The notes under the pieces were generated by a model that had not been told where the DNA came from, searched no databases, and saw nothing but the letters and a program-made list of their open reading frames with translations. This document shows, piece by piece, positions 1 to 12,500 of a stretch of DNA of 64,000 nucleotides. Origin of the DNA: the human T2T-CHM13v2.0 reference genome, Homo sapiens; assembly GCF_009914755.1 (NCBI RefSeq), contig NC_060925.1. One strand, 5' to 3'. A program made the position numbers and the translations under genes. Positions within the stretch are counted from its first letter, which is position 1; every line of letters begins with the position of its first letter.

Positions 1-141
1 ATCATCATTGAATGGAATCGAATGGAATCATCGAGTGGAATCGAATGGAATTATGATCAAATGGAATTGAATGTAATCATCATCAAATGGAATCAAAAAT
101 AACCATCATCAATTGGTATTGAATGGAATTGTCATCAAATG

Positions 142-147
142 GAATTC
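142..147. other. EcoRI site (GAATTC), one per unit at unit offset 142
   Basis: GGAATTCAAAGG is at 141 and at the same offset in the later units, including the deleted ones. Units 13 and 15 read AGAATTC and keep the site. Confidence 0.85.
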
Positions 148-189
148 AAAGGAATCATCATCAAATGGAACCGAATGGAATCCTCATTG

Positions 190-1132
190 AATGGAAATGA
201 AAGGGGTCATCATCTAATGGAATCGCATGGAATCATCATCAAATGGAATCGAATGGAATCATCATCAAATGGAATCTAATGGAATCATTGAACAGAATTG
301 AATGGAATCGTCATCGAATGAATTGAATGCAATCATCGAATGGTCTCGAATTGAATTATCTTCTAATGGAAATGAATGGAATCATCGCATAGAATCGAAT
401 GGAATTAACATTGAATGGACTCGAATGGAATCAACATCAAACGGAATCAAGCGGAATTATCGAATGGAATCGAAGAGATTCATCGAATGGACTCGAATGG
501 AATCATCTAATGGAATGGAATGGAATAATCCATGGACCAGAATGCAATCATCATCGTATAAAATCGAATGGAATCATCGAATGGACTCGAATGGAATAAT
601 CATTGAACGGAATCGAATGGAATCATCATCGGATGGAAACGAATGGAATCATCATCGAATGGAAATGAAAGGAGTCATCATCTAATGGAATTGCATGGAA
701 TCATCATAAAATGGAATCGAATGGAATCAACATCAAATGGAATCAAATGGAATCATTGAACGGAATTGAATGGAGTCGTCATCGAATGAATTGAATGCAA
801 TCATCGAATGGTCTCGAATGGAATCATCTTCAAATGGAATGGAATGGAATCATCGCATAGAATCGAATGGAATTATCATCGAATGGAATCGAATGGAATC
901 AACCTCAAACGGAAAAAAACGGAATTATCGAATGGAATCGAAGAGAATCATCGAATGGACCCGAATGGAATCATCTAATGGAATGGAATGGAGTAATCCA
1001 TGGACTCGAATGCAATCATCATCGAATGGAATCGAATGGAATCATCGAGTGGACTCGAATGGAATAATCATTGAACGGAATCGAATGGAATCATCATCGG
1101 ATGGAAATGAATGGAATCATCATCGAATGGAA
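190..1132 (+). repeat. Internal diverged 468-bp tandem duplication (halves A and B) within each unit
   Basis: GGAAATGAAAGGGGTCATCATCTAATGGAATCGCATGG at 193 aligns with GGAAATGAAAGGAGTCATCATCTAATGGAATTGCATGG at 661. Paralogous ORFs start at 302 and 770, 468 bp apart. Similarity ends near 1132. Confidence 0.9.
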
Positions 1133-1659
1133 TCGAATAGAATTATGGAATGAAATCCAGTGTGATCATCATCGAATGGACCCGAATGGAATCATCATCC
1201 AATGGAAGCTAATGGAATCAACATCGAATGAATCGAATGGAAACACCATCGAATTGAAACGAATGGAATTACCATGAAATTGAAATGGATGGACTCATCA
1301 TCGAATGGATTCGGATGGAATCATCGAATAAAATTGATTGAAATCATCATCGAATGGAATCGAATGGTATCATTGAATGGAATCGAATGGAATCATCATC
1401 AGATGGAAATGAATGGAATCGTCATAGAATGGAATCGAATGGATTCATTGAATGGAATCAGATGGAATCATCGAATGGACTGGAATGGAATCATTGAATG
1501 GACTCGAAAGGGATCATGATTGAATGGAATTGAATGGAATCATTGAATGGTCTCGATTGGAATCATTATCAAATGGAATCGAATGGAATCACCGAATAGA
1601 ATCGAATGGAACAATCATCGAACGGACTCAAATGGAATTATCCTTAAATGGAATCGAAT

Positions 1660-1705
1660 GGAATTATCGAATGCAATCGAATGGAATTATCGAATGCAAT
1701 CGAAT
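1660..1705 (+). repeat. Perfect 23-bp tandem duplication (GGAATTATCGAATGCAATCGAAT)x2 near the end of standard units
   Basis: Read directly at 1660-1682 and 1683-1705. Only one copy is present in the last two units. Confidence 0.85.
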
Positions 1706-3552
1706 AGAATCATCGAATGGACTCGAATGGAATCATCGAATGGAATGGAATGGAACAGTCAATGAACTCGAATGGAATCATCATTGAATGGAATCGAATG
1801 GAATCATCGAGTGGAATCGAATGGAATTATGATCAAATGGAATCGAATGTAATCATCATCAAATGGAATCAAAAATAACCATCATCAATTGGTATTGAAT
1901 GGAATTGTCATCAAATGGAATTCAAAGGAATCATCATCAAATGGAACTGAATGGAATCCTCATTGAATGGAAATGAAAGGGGTCATCATCTAATGGAATC
2001 GCATGGAATCATCATCAAATGGAATCGAATGGAATCATCATCAAATGGAATCTAATGGAATCATTGAACAGAATTGAATGGAATCGTCATCGAATGAATT
2101 GAATGCAATCATCGAATGGTCTCGAATGGAATCATCTTCTAATGGAAATGAATGGAATCATCGCATAGAATCGAATGGAATTAACATTGAATGGACTCGA
2201 ATGGAATCAACATCAAACGGAATCAAGCGGAATTATCGAATGGAATCGAAGAGATTCATTGAATGGACTCGAATAGAATCATCTAATGGAATGGAATGGA
2301 ATAATCCATGGACCCGAATGCAATCATCATCGTATAAAATCGAATGGAATCATCGAATGGACTCGAATGGAATAATCATTGAACGGAATCGAATGGAATC
2401 ATCATCGGATGGAAACGAATGGAATCATCATCGAATGGAAATGAAAGGAGTCATCATCTAATGGAATTGCATGGAATCATCATAAAATGGAATCGAATGG
2501 AATCAACATCAAATGGAATCAAATGGAATCATTGAACGGAATTGAATGGAGCCGTCATCGAATGAATTGAATGCAATCATCGAATGGTCTCGAATGGAAT
2601 CATCTTCAAATGGAATGGAATGGAATCATCGCATAGAATCGAATGGAATTATCATCGAATGGAATCGAATGGAATCAACATCCAACGGAAAAAAACGGAA
2701 TTATCGAATGGAATCGAAGAGAATCATCGAATGGACCCGAATGGAATCATCTAATGGAATGGAATGGAATAATCCATGGACTCGAATGCAATCATCATCG
2801 AATGGAATCGAATGGAATCATCGAGTGGACTCGAATGGAATAATCATTGAACGGAAACGAATGGAATCATCATCGGATGGAAATGAATGGAATCATCATC
2901 GAATGGAATCGAATAGAATTATGGAATGAAATCCAGTGTGATCATCATCGAATGGACCCGAATGGAATCATCATCCAACGGAAGCTAATGGAATCAACAT
3001 CGAATGAATCGAATGGAAACACCATCGAATTGAAACGAATGGAATTATCATGAAATTGAAATGGATGGACTCATCATCGAATGGATTCGAATGGAATCAT
3101 CGAATAAAATTGATTGAAATCATCATCGAATTGAATCGAATTGTATCATTGAATGGAATCGAATGGAATCATCATCAGATGGAAATGAATGGAATCGTCA
3201 TAGAATGGAATCGAATGGATTCATTGAATGGAATCAGATGGAATCATCGAATGGACTGGAATGGAATCATTGAATGGACTCGAAAGGGATCATGATTGAA
3301 TGGAATTGAATGGAATCATCGAATGGTCTCGATTGGAATCATTATCAAATGGAATCGAATGGAATCACCGAATAGAATCGAATGGAACAATCATCGAATG
3401 GACTCAAATGGAATTATCCTCAAATGGAATCGAATGGAATTATCGAATGCAATCGAATGGAATTATCGAATGCAATCGAATAGAATCATCGAATGGACTC
3501 GAATGGAATCATCGAATGGAATGGAATGGAACAGTCAATGAACTCGAATGGA

Positions 3553-6500
3553 ATCATCATTGAATGGAATCGAATGGAATCATCGAGTGGAATCGAATGG
3601 AATTATGATCAAATGGAATCGAATGTAATCATCATCAAATGGAATCAAAAATAACCATCATCAATTGGTATTGAATGGAATTGTCATCAAATGGAATTCA
3701 AAGGAATCATCATCAAATGGAACCGAATGGAATCCTCATTGAATGGAAATGAAAGGGGTCATCATCTAATGGAATCGCATGGAATCATCATCAAATGGAA
3801 TCGAATGGAATCATCATCAAATGGAATCTAATGGAATCATTGAACAGAATTGAATGGAATCGTCATCGAATGAATTGAATGCAATCATCGAATGGTCTCG
3901 AATGGAATCATCTTCTAATGGAAAGGAATGGAATCATCGCATAGAATCGAATGGAATTATCATCGAATGGAATCGAATGGTATCAACACCAAACGGAAAA
4001 AAACGGAATTATCGAATGGAATCGAAGAGAATCTTCGAACGGACCCGAATGGAATCATCTAATGGAATGGAATGGAATAATCCATGGACTCGAATGCAAT
4101 CATCATCGAATGGAATCGAATGGAATCATCGAATGGACTCGAATGGAATAATCATTGAACGGAATCGAATGGAATCATCATCGGATGGAAACGAATGGAA
4201 TCATCATCGAGTGGAAATGAAAGGAGTCATCATCTAATGGAATTGCATGGAATCATCATAAAATGGAATCGAATGGAATCAACATCAAATGGAATCAAAT
4301 GGAATCATTGAACGGAATTGAATGGAATCGTCATCGAATGAATTGACTGCAATCATCCAATGGTCTCGAATGGAATCATCTTCAAATGGAATGGAATGGA
4401 ATCATCGCATAGAATCGAATGGAATTATCATCGAATGGAATCGAATGGAATCAACATCAAACGGAAAAAAACGGAATTATCGAATGGAATCGAAGAGAAT
4501 CATCGAATGGACCCGAATGGAATCATCTAATGGAATGGAATGGAATAATCCATGGACTCGAATGCAATCATCATTGAATGGAATCGAATGGAATCATCGA
4601 ATGAACTCGAATGGAATCATCATTGAATGGAATCGAATGGAATCATCGAGTGGAATCGAATGGAATTATGATCAAATGGAATTGAATGTAATCATCATCA
4701 AATGGAATCAAAAATAACCATCATCAATTGGTATTGAATGGAATTGTCATCAAATGGAATTCAAAGGAATCATCATCAAATGGAACCGAATGGAATCCTC
4801 ATTGAATGGAAATGAAAGGGGTCATCATCTAATGGAATCGCATGGAATCATCATCAAATGGAATCGAATGGAATCATCATCAAATGGAATCTAATGGAAT
4901 CATTGAACAGAATTGAATGGAATCGTCATCGAATGAATTGAATGCAATCATCGAATGGTCTCGAATGGAATCATCTTCTAATGGAAAGGAATGGAATCAT
5001 CGCATAGAATCGAATGGAATTATCATCGAATGGAATCGAATGGTATCAACACCAAACGGAAAAAAACGGAATTATCGAATGGAATCGAAGAGAATCTTCG
5101 AACGGACCCGAATGGAATCATCTAATGGAATGGAATGGAATAATCCATGGACTCGAATGCAATCATCATCGAATGGAATCGAATGGAATCATCGAATGGA
5201 CTCGAATGGAATAATCATTGAACGGAATCGAATGGAATCATCATCGGATGGAAACGAATGGAATCATCATCGAATGGAAATGAAAGGAGTCATCATCTAA
5301 TGGAATTGCATGGAATCATCATAAAATGGAATCGAATGGAATCAACATCAAATGGAATCAAATGGAATCATTGAACGGAATTGAATGGAATCGTCATCGA
5401 ATGAATTGACTGCAATCATCCAATGGTCTCGAATGGAATCATCTTCAAATGGAATGGAATGGAATCATCGCATAGAATCGAATGGAATTATCATCGAATG
5501 GAATCGAATGGAATCAACATCAAACGGAAAAAAACGGAATTATCGAATGGAATCGAAGAGAATCATCGAATGGCCCCGAATGGAATCATCTAATGGAATG
5601 GAATTGAATAATCGATGGACTCGAATGCAATCATCATCGAATGGAATCGAATCGAATCATCGAATGGACTCGAATGGAATAATCATTGAATGGAATCGAG
5701 TGGAATCATCATCGGATGGAAATGAATGGAATCATCATCGAATGGAATCGAATAGAATTATGGAATGAAATCCAGTGTGATCATCATCGAATGGACCCGA
5801 ATGGAATCATCATCCAACGGAAGCTAATGGAATCAACATCGAATGAATCAAATGGAAACACCATCGAATTGAAACGAATGGAATTATCATGAAATTGAAA
5901 TGGATGGACTCATCATCGAATGGATTCGAATGGAATCATCGAATAAAATTGATTGAAATCATCATCGAATGGAATCGAATGGTATCATTGAATGGAATCG
6001 AATGGAATCATCATCAGATGGAAATGAATGGAATCGTCATAGAATGGAATCGAATGGATTCATTGAATGGAATCAGATGGAATCATCGAATGGACTGGAA
6101 TGGAATCATTGAATGGACTCGAAAGGGATCATGATTGAATGGAATTGAATGGAATCATCGAATGGTCTCGATTGGAATCATTATCAAATGGAATCGAATG
6201 GAATCACCGAATAGAATCGAATGGAACAATCATCGAATGGACTCAAATGGAATTATCCTCAAATGGAATCGAATGGAATTATCGAATGCAATCGAATGGA
6301 ATTATCGAATGCAATCGAATAGAATCATCGAATGGACTCGAATGGAATCATCGAATGGAATGGAATGGAACAGTCAATGAACTCGAATGGAATCATCATT
6401 GAATGGAATCGAATGGAATCATCGAGTGGAATCGAATGGAATTATGATCAAATGGAATCGAATGTAATCATCATCAAATGGAATCAAAAATAACCATCAT

Positions 6501-9500
6501 CAATTGGTATTGAATGGAATTGTCATCAAATGGAATTCAAAGGAATCATCATCAAATGGAACCGAATGGAATCCTCATTGAATGGAAATGAAAGGGGTCA
6601 TCATCTAATGGAATCGCATGGAATCATCATCAAATGGAATCGAATGGAATCATCATCAAATGGAATCTAATGGAATCATTGAACAGAATTGAATGGAATC
6701 GTCATCGAATGAATTGAATGCAATCATCGAATGGTCTCGAATGGAATCATCTTCTAATGGAAAGGAATGGAATCATCGCATAGAATCGAATGGAATTATC
6801 ATCGAATGGAATCGAATGGTATCAACACCAAACGGAAAAAAACGGAATTATCGAATGGAATCGAAGAGAATCTTCGAACGGACCCGAATGGAATCATCTA
6901 ATGGAATGGAATGGAATAATCCATGGACTCGAATGCAATCATCATCGAATGGAATCGAATGGAATCATCGAATGGACTCGAATGGAATAATCATTGAACG
7001 GAATCGAATGGAATCATCATCGGATGGAAACGAATGGAATCATCATCGAGTGGAAATGAAAGGAGTCATCATCTAATGGAATTGCATGGAATCATCATAA
7101 AATGGAATCGAATGGAATCAACATCAAATGGAATCAAATGGAATCATTGAACGGAATTGAATGGAATCGTCATCGAATGAATTGACTGCAATCATCCAAT
7201 GGTCTCGAATGGAATCATCTTCAAATGGAATGGAATGGAATCATCGCATAGAATCGAATGGAATTATCATCGAATGGAATCGAATGGAATCAACATCAAA
7301 CGGAAAAAAACGGAATTATCGAATGGAATCGAAGAGAATCATCGAATGGACCCGAATGGAATCATCTAATGGAATGGAATGGAATAATCCATGGACTCCA
7401 ATGCAATCATCATCGAATGGAATCGAATGGAATCATCGAATGAACTCGAATGGAATCATCATTGAATGGAATCGAATGGAATCATCGAGTGGAATCGAAT
7501 GGAATTATGATCAAATGGAATTGAATGTAATCATCATCAAATGGAATCAAAAATAACCATCATCAATTGGTATTGAATGGAATTGTCATCAAATGGAATT
7601 CAAAGGAATCATCATCAAATGGAACCGAATGGAATCCTCATTGAATGGAAATGAAAGGGGTCATCATCTAATGGAATCGCATGGAATCATCATCAAATGG
7701 AATCGAATGGAATCATCATCAAATGGAATCTAATGGAATCATTGAACAGAATTGAATGGAATCGTCATCGAATGAATTGAATGCAATCATCGAATGGTCT
7801 CGAATGGAATCATCTTCTAATGGAAAGGAATGGAATCATCGCATAGAATCGAATGGAATTATCATCGAATGGAATCGAATGGTATCAACACCAAACGGAA
7901 AAAAACGGAATTATCGAATGGAATCGAAGAGAATCTTCGAACGGACCCGAATGGAATCATCTAATGGAATGGAATGGAATAATCCATGGACTCGAATGCA
8001 ATCATCATCGAATGGAATCGAATGGAATCATCGAATGGACTCGAATGGAATAATCATTGAACGGAATCGAATGGAATCATCATCGGATGGAAACGAATGG
8101 AATCATCATCGAATGGAAATGAAAGGAGTCATCATCTAATGGAATTGCATGGAATCATCATAAAATGGAATCGAATGGAATCAACATCAAATGGAATCAA
8201 ATGGAATCATTGAACGGAATTGAATGGAATCGTCATCGAATGAATTGACTGCAATCATCCAATGGTCTCGAATGGAATCATCTTCAAATGGAATGGAATG
8301 GAATCATCGCATAGAATCGAATGGAATTATCATCGAATGGAATCGAATGGAATCAACATCAAACGGAAAAAAACGGAATTATCGAATGGAATCGAAGAGA
8401 ATCATCGAATGGCCCCGAATGGAATCATCTAATGGAATGGAATTGAATAATCGATGGACTCGAATGCAATCATCATCGAATGGAATCGAATCGAATCATC
8501 GAATGGACTCGAATGGAATAATCATTGAATGGAATCGAATGGAATCATCATCGGATGGAAATGAATGGAATCATCATCGAATGGAATCGAATAGAATTAT
8601 GGAATGAAATCCAGTGTGATCATCATCGAATGGACCCGAATGGAATCATCATCCAACGGAAGCTAATGGAATCAACATCGAATGAATCAAATGGAAACAC
8701 CATCGAATTGAAACGAATGGAATTATCATGAAATTGAAATGGATGGACTCATCATCGAATGGATTCGAATGGAATCATCGAATAAAATTGATTGAAATCA
8801 TCATCGAATGGAATCGAATGGTATCATTGAATGGAATCGAATGGAATCATCATCAGATGGAAATGAATGGAATCGTCATAGAATGGAATCGAATGGATTC
8901 ATTGAATGGAATCAGATGGAATCATCGAATGGACTGGAATGGAATCATTGAATGGACTCGAAAGGGATCATGATTGAATGGAATTGAATGGAATCATCGA
9001 ATGGTCTCGATTGGAATCATTATCAAATGGAATCGAATGGAATCACCGAATAGAACCGAATGGAACAATCATCGAATGGACTCAAATGGAATTATCCTCC
9101 AATGGAATCGAATGGAATTATCAAATGCAATCGAATGGAATTATCGAATGCAATCGAATAGAATCATCGAATGGACTCGAATGGAATCATCGAATGGAAT
9201 GGAATGGAACAGTCAATGAACTCGAATGGAATCATCATTGAATGGAATCGAATGGAATCATCGAGTGGAATCGAATGGAATTATGATCAAATGGAATCGA
9301 ATGTTATCATCATCAAATGGAATCAAAAATAAACATCATCAATTGGTATTGAATGGAATTGTCATCAAATGGAATTCAAAGGAATCATCATCAAATGGAA
9401 CCGAATGGAATCCTCATTGAATGGAAATGAAAGGGGTCATCATCTAATGGAATCGCATGGAATCATCATCAAATGGAATCGAATGGAATCATCATCAAAT

Positions 9501-12500
9501 GGAATCTAATGGAATCATTGAACAGAATTGAATGGAATCGTCATCGAATGAATTGAATGCAATCATCGAATGGTCTCGAATGGAATCATCTTCTAATGGA
9601 AAGGAATGGAATCATCGCATAGAATCGAATGGAATTATCATCGAATGGAATCGAATGGTATCAACACCAAACGGAAAAAAACGGAATTATCGAATGGAAT
9701 CGAAGAGAATCTTCGAACGGACCCGAATGGAATCATCTAATGGAATGGAATGGAATAATCCATGGACTCGAATGCAATCATCATCGAATGGAATCGAATG
9801 GAATCATCGAATGGACTCGAATGGAATAATCATTGAACGGAATCGAATGGAATCATCATCGGATGGAAACGAATGGAATCATCATCGAGTGGAAATGAAA
9901 GGAGTCATCATCTAATGGAATTGCATGGAATCATCATAAAATGGAATCGAATGGAATCAACATCAAATGGAATCAAATGGAATCATTGAACGGAATTGAA
10001 TGGAATCGTCATCGAATGAATTGACTGCAATCATCCAATGGTCTCGAATGGAATCATCTTCAAATGGAATGGAATGGAATCATCGCATAGAATCGAATGG
10101 AATTATCATCGAATGGAATCGAATGGAATCAACATCAAACGGAAAAAAACGGAATTATCGAATGGAATCGAAGAGAATCATCGAATGGACCCGAATGGAA
10201 TCATCTAATGGAATGGAATGGAATAATCCATGGACTCGAATGCAATCATCATCGAATTGAATCGAATGGAATCATCGAATGAACTCGAATGGAATCATCA
10301 TTGAATGGAATCGAATGGAATCATCGAGTGGAATCGAATGGAATTATGATCAAATGGAATTGAATGTAATCATCATCAAATGGAATCAAAAATAACCATC
10401 ATCAATTGGTATTGAATGGAATTGTCATCAAATGGAATTCAAAGGAATCATCATCAAATGGAACCGAATGGAATCCTCATTGAATGGAAATGAAAGGGGT
10501 CATCATCTAATGGAATCGCATGGAATCATCATCAAATGGAATCGAATGGAATCATCATCAAATGGAATCTAATGGAATCATTGAACAGAATTGAATGGAA
10601 TCGTCATCGAATGAATTGAATGCAATCATCGAATGGTCTCGAATGGAATCATCTTCTAATGGAAAGGAATGGAATCATCGCATAGAATCGAATGGAATTA
10701 TCATCGAATGGAATCGAATGGTATCAACACCAAACGGAAAAAAACGGAATTATCGAATGGAATCGAAGAGAATCTTCGAACGGACCCGAATGGAATCATC
10801 TAATGGAATGGAATGGAATAATCCATGGACTCGAATGCAATCATCATCGAATGGAATCGAATGGAATCATCGAATGGACTCGAATGGAATAATCATTGAA
10901 CGGAATCGAATGGAATCATCATCGGATGGAAACGAATGGAATCATCATCGAATGGAAATGAAAGGAGTCATCATCTAATGGAATTGCATGGAATCATCAT
11001 AAAATGGAATCGAATGGAATCAACATCAAATGGAATCAAATGGAATCATTGAACGGAATTGAATGGAATCGTCATCGAATGAATTGACTGCAATCATCCA
11101 ATGGTCTCGAATGGAATCATCTTCAAATGGAATGGAATGGAATCATCGCATAGAATCGAATGGAATTATCATCGAATGGAATCGAATGGAATCAACATCA
11201 AACGGAAAAAAACGGAATTATCGAATGGAATCGAAGAGAATCATCGAATGGCCCCGAATGGAATCATCTAATGGAATGGAATTGAATAATCGATGGACTC
11301 GAATGCAATCATCATCGAATGGAATCGAATCGAATCATCGAATGGACTCGAATGGAATAATCATTGAATGGAATCGAATGGAATCATCATCGGATGGAAA
11401 TGAATGGAATCATCATCGAATGGAATCGAATAGAATTATGGAATGAAATCCAGTGTGATCATCATCGAATGGACCCGAATGGAATCATCATCCAACGGAA
11501 GCTAATGGAATCAACATCGAATGAATCAAATGGAAACACCATCGAATTGAAACGAATGGAATTATCATGAAATTGAAATGGATGGACTCATCATCGAATG
11601 GATTCGAATGGAATCATCGAATAAAATTGATTGAAATCATCATCGAATGGAATCGAATGGTATCATTGAATGGAATCGAATGGAATCATCATCAGATGGA
11701 AATGAATGGAATCGTCATAGAATGGAATCGAATGGATTCATTGAATGGAATCAGATGGAATCATCGAATGGACTGGAATGGAATCATTGAATGGACTCGA
11801 AAGGGATCATGATTGAATGGAATTGAATGGAATCATCGAATGGTCTCGATTGGAATCATTATCAAATGGAATCGAATGGAATCACCGAATAGAATCGAAT
11901 GGAACAATCATCGAATGGACTCAAATGGAATTATCCTCAAATGGAATCGAATGGAATTATCGAATGCAATCGAATGGAATTATCGAATGCAATCGAATAG
12001 AATCATCGAATGGACTCGAATGGAATCATCGAATGGAATGGAATGGAACAGTCAATGAACTCGAATGGAATCATCATTGAATGGAATCGAATGGAATCAT
12101 CGAGTGGAATCGAATGGAATTATGATCAAATGGAATCGAATGTAATCATCATCAAATGGAATCAAAAATAACCATCATCAATTGGTATTGAATGGAATTG
12201 TCATCAAATGGAATTCAAAGGAATCATCATCAAATGGAACCGAATGGAATCCTCATTGAATGGAAATGAAAGGGGTCATCATCTAATGGAATCGCATGGA
12301 ATCATCATCAAATGGAATCGAATGGAATCATCATCAAATGGAATCTAATGGAATCATTGAACAGAATTGAATGGAATCGTCATCGAATGAATTGAATGCA
12401 ATCATCGAATGGTCTCGAATGGAATCATCTTCTAATGGAAAGGAATGGAATCATCGCATAGAATCGAATGGAATTATCATCGAATGGAATCGAATGGTAT

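Larger units (their letters stand above)
1..1776 (+). repeat. Representative full-length 1776-bp repeat unit (arbitrary phase)
   Basis: ATCATCATTGAATGGAATCGAATGGAATCATCGAGTGG occurs at 1 and again at 1777, 3553 and onward, with the last (partial) copy at 63939. Confidence 0.95.

Noticed and set aside
976-992. (GGAAT)3 runs as non-B-DNA or HSat3 segments
   Set aside because: Runs are only about three perfect pentamers and are part of the normal HSat2 unit. They are too short to call HSat3 or a specific structure.
1326-1332. AATAAA as a polyadenylation signal in each full unit
   Set aside because: The hexamer is expected by chance in A-rich sequence, and no clear GU-rich downstream element or transcript evidence is available. 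It would need 3'-end sequencing of HSATII RNA.
1335-1346. Near-palindrome TGATTGAAATCA as a possible DUX4/homeodomain site, once per full unit
   Set aside because: DUX4 is known to activate HSATII, but this 12-mer does not fit the 11-bp TAAYYYAATCA-type spacing. It cannot be supported without a PWM scan or ChIP data.
4028-4040. AGAATCTTCG as a heat-shock element
   Set aside because: It has only two inverted nGAAn units, while a canonical HSE needs three. HSF1 stress bodies are chiefly associated with HSat3.
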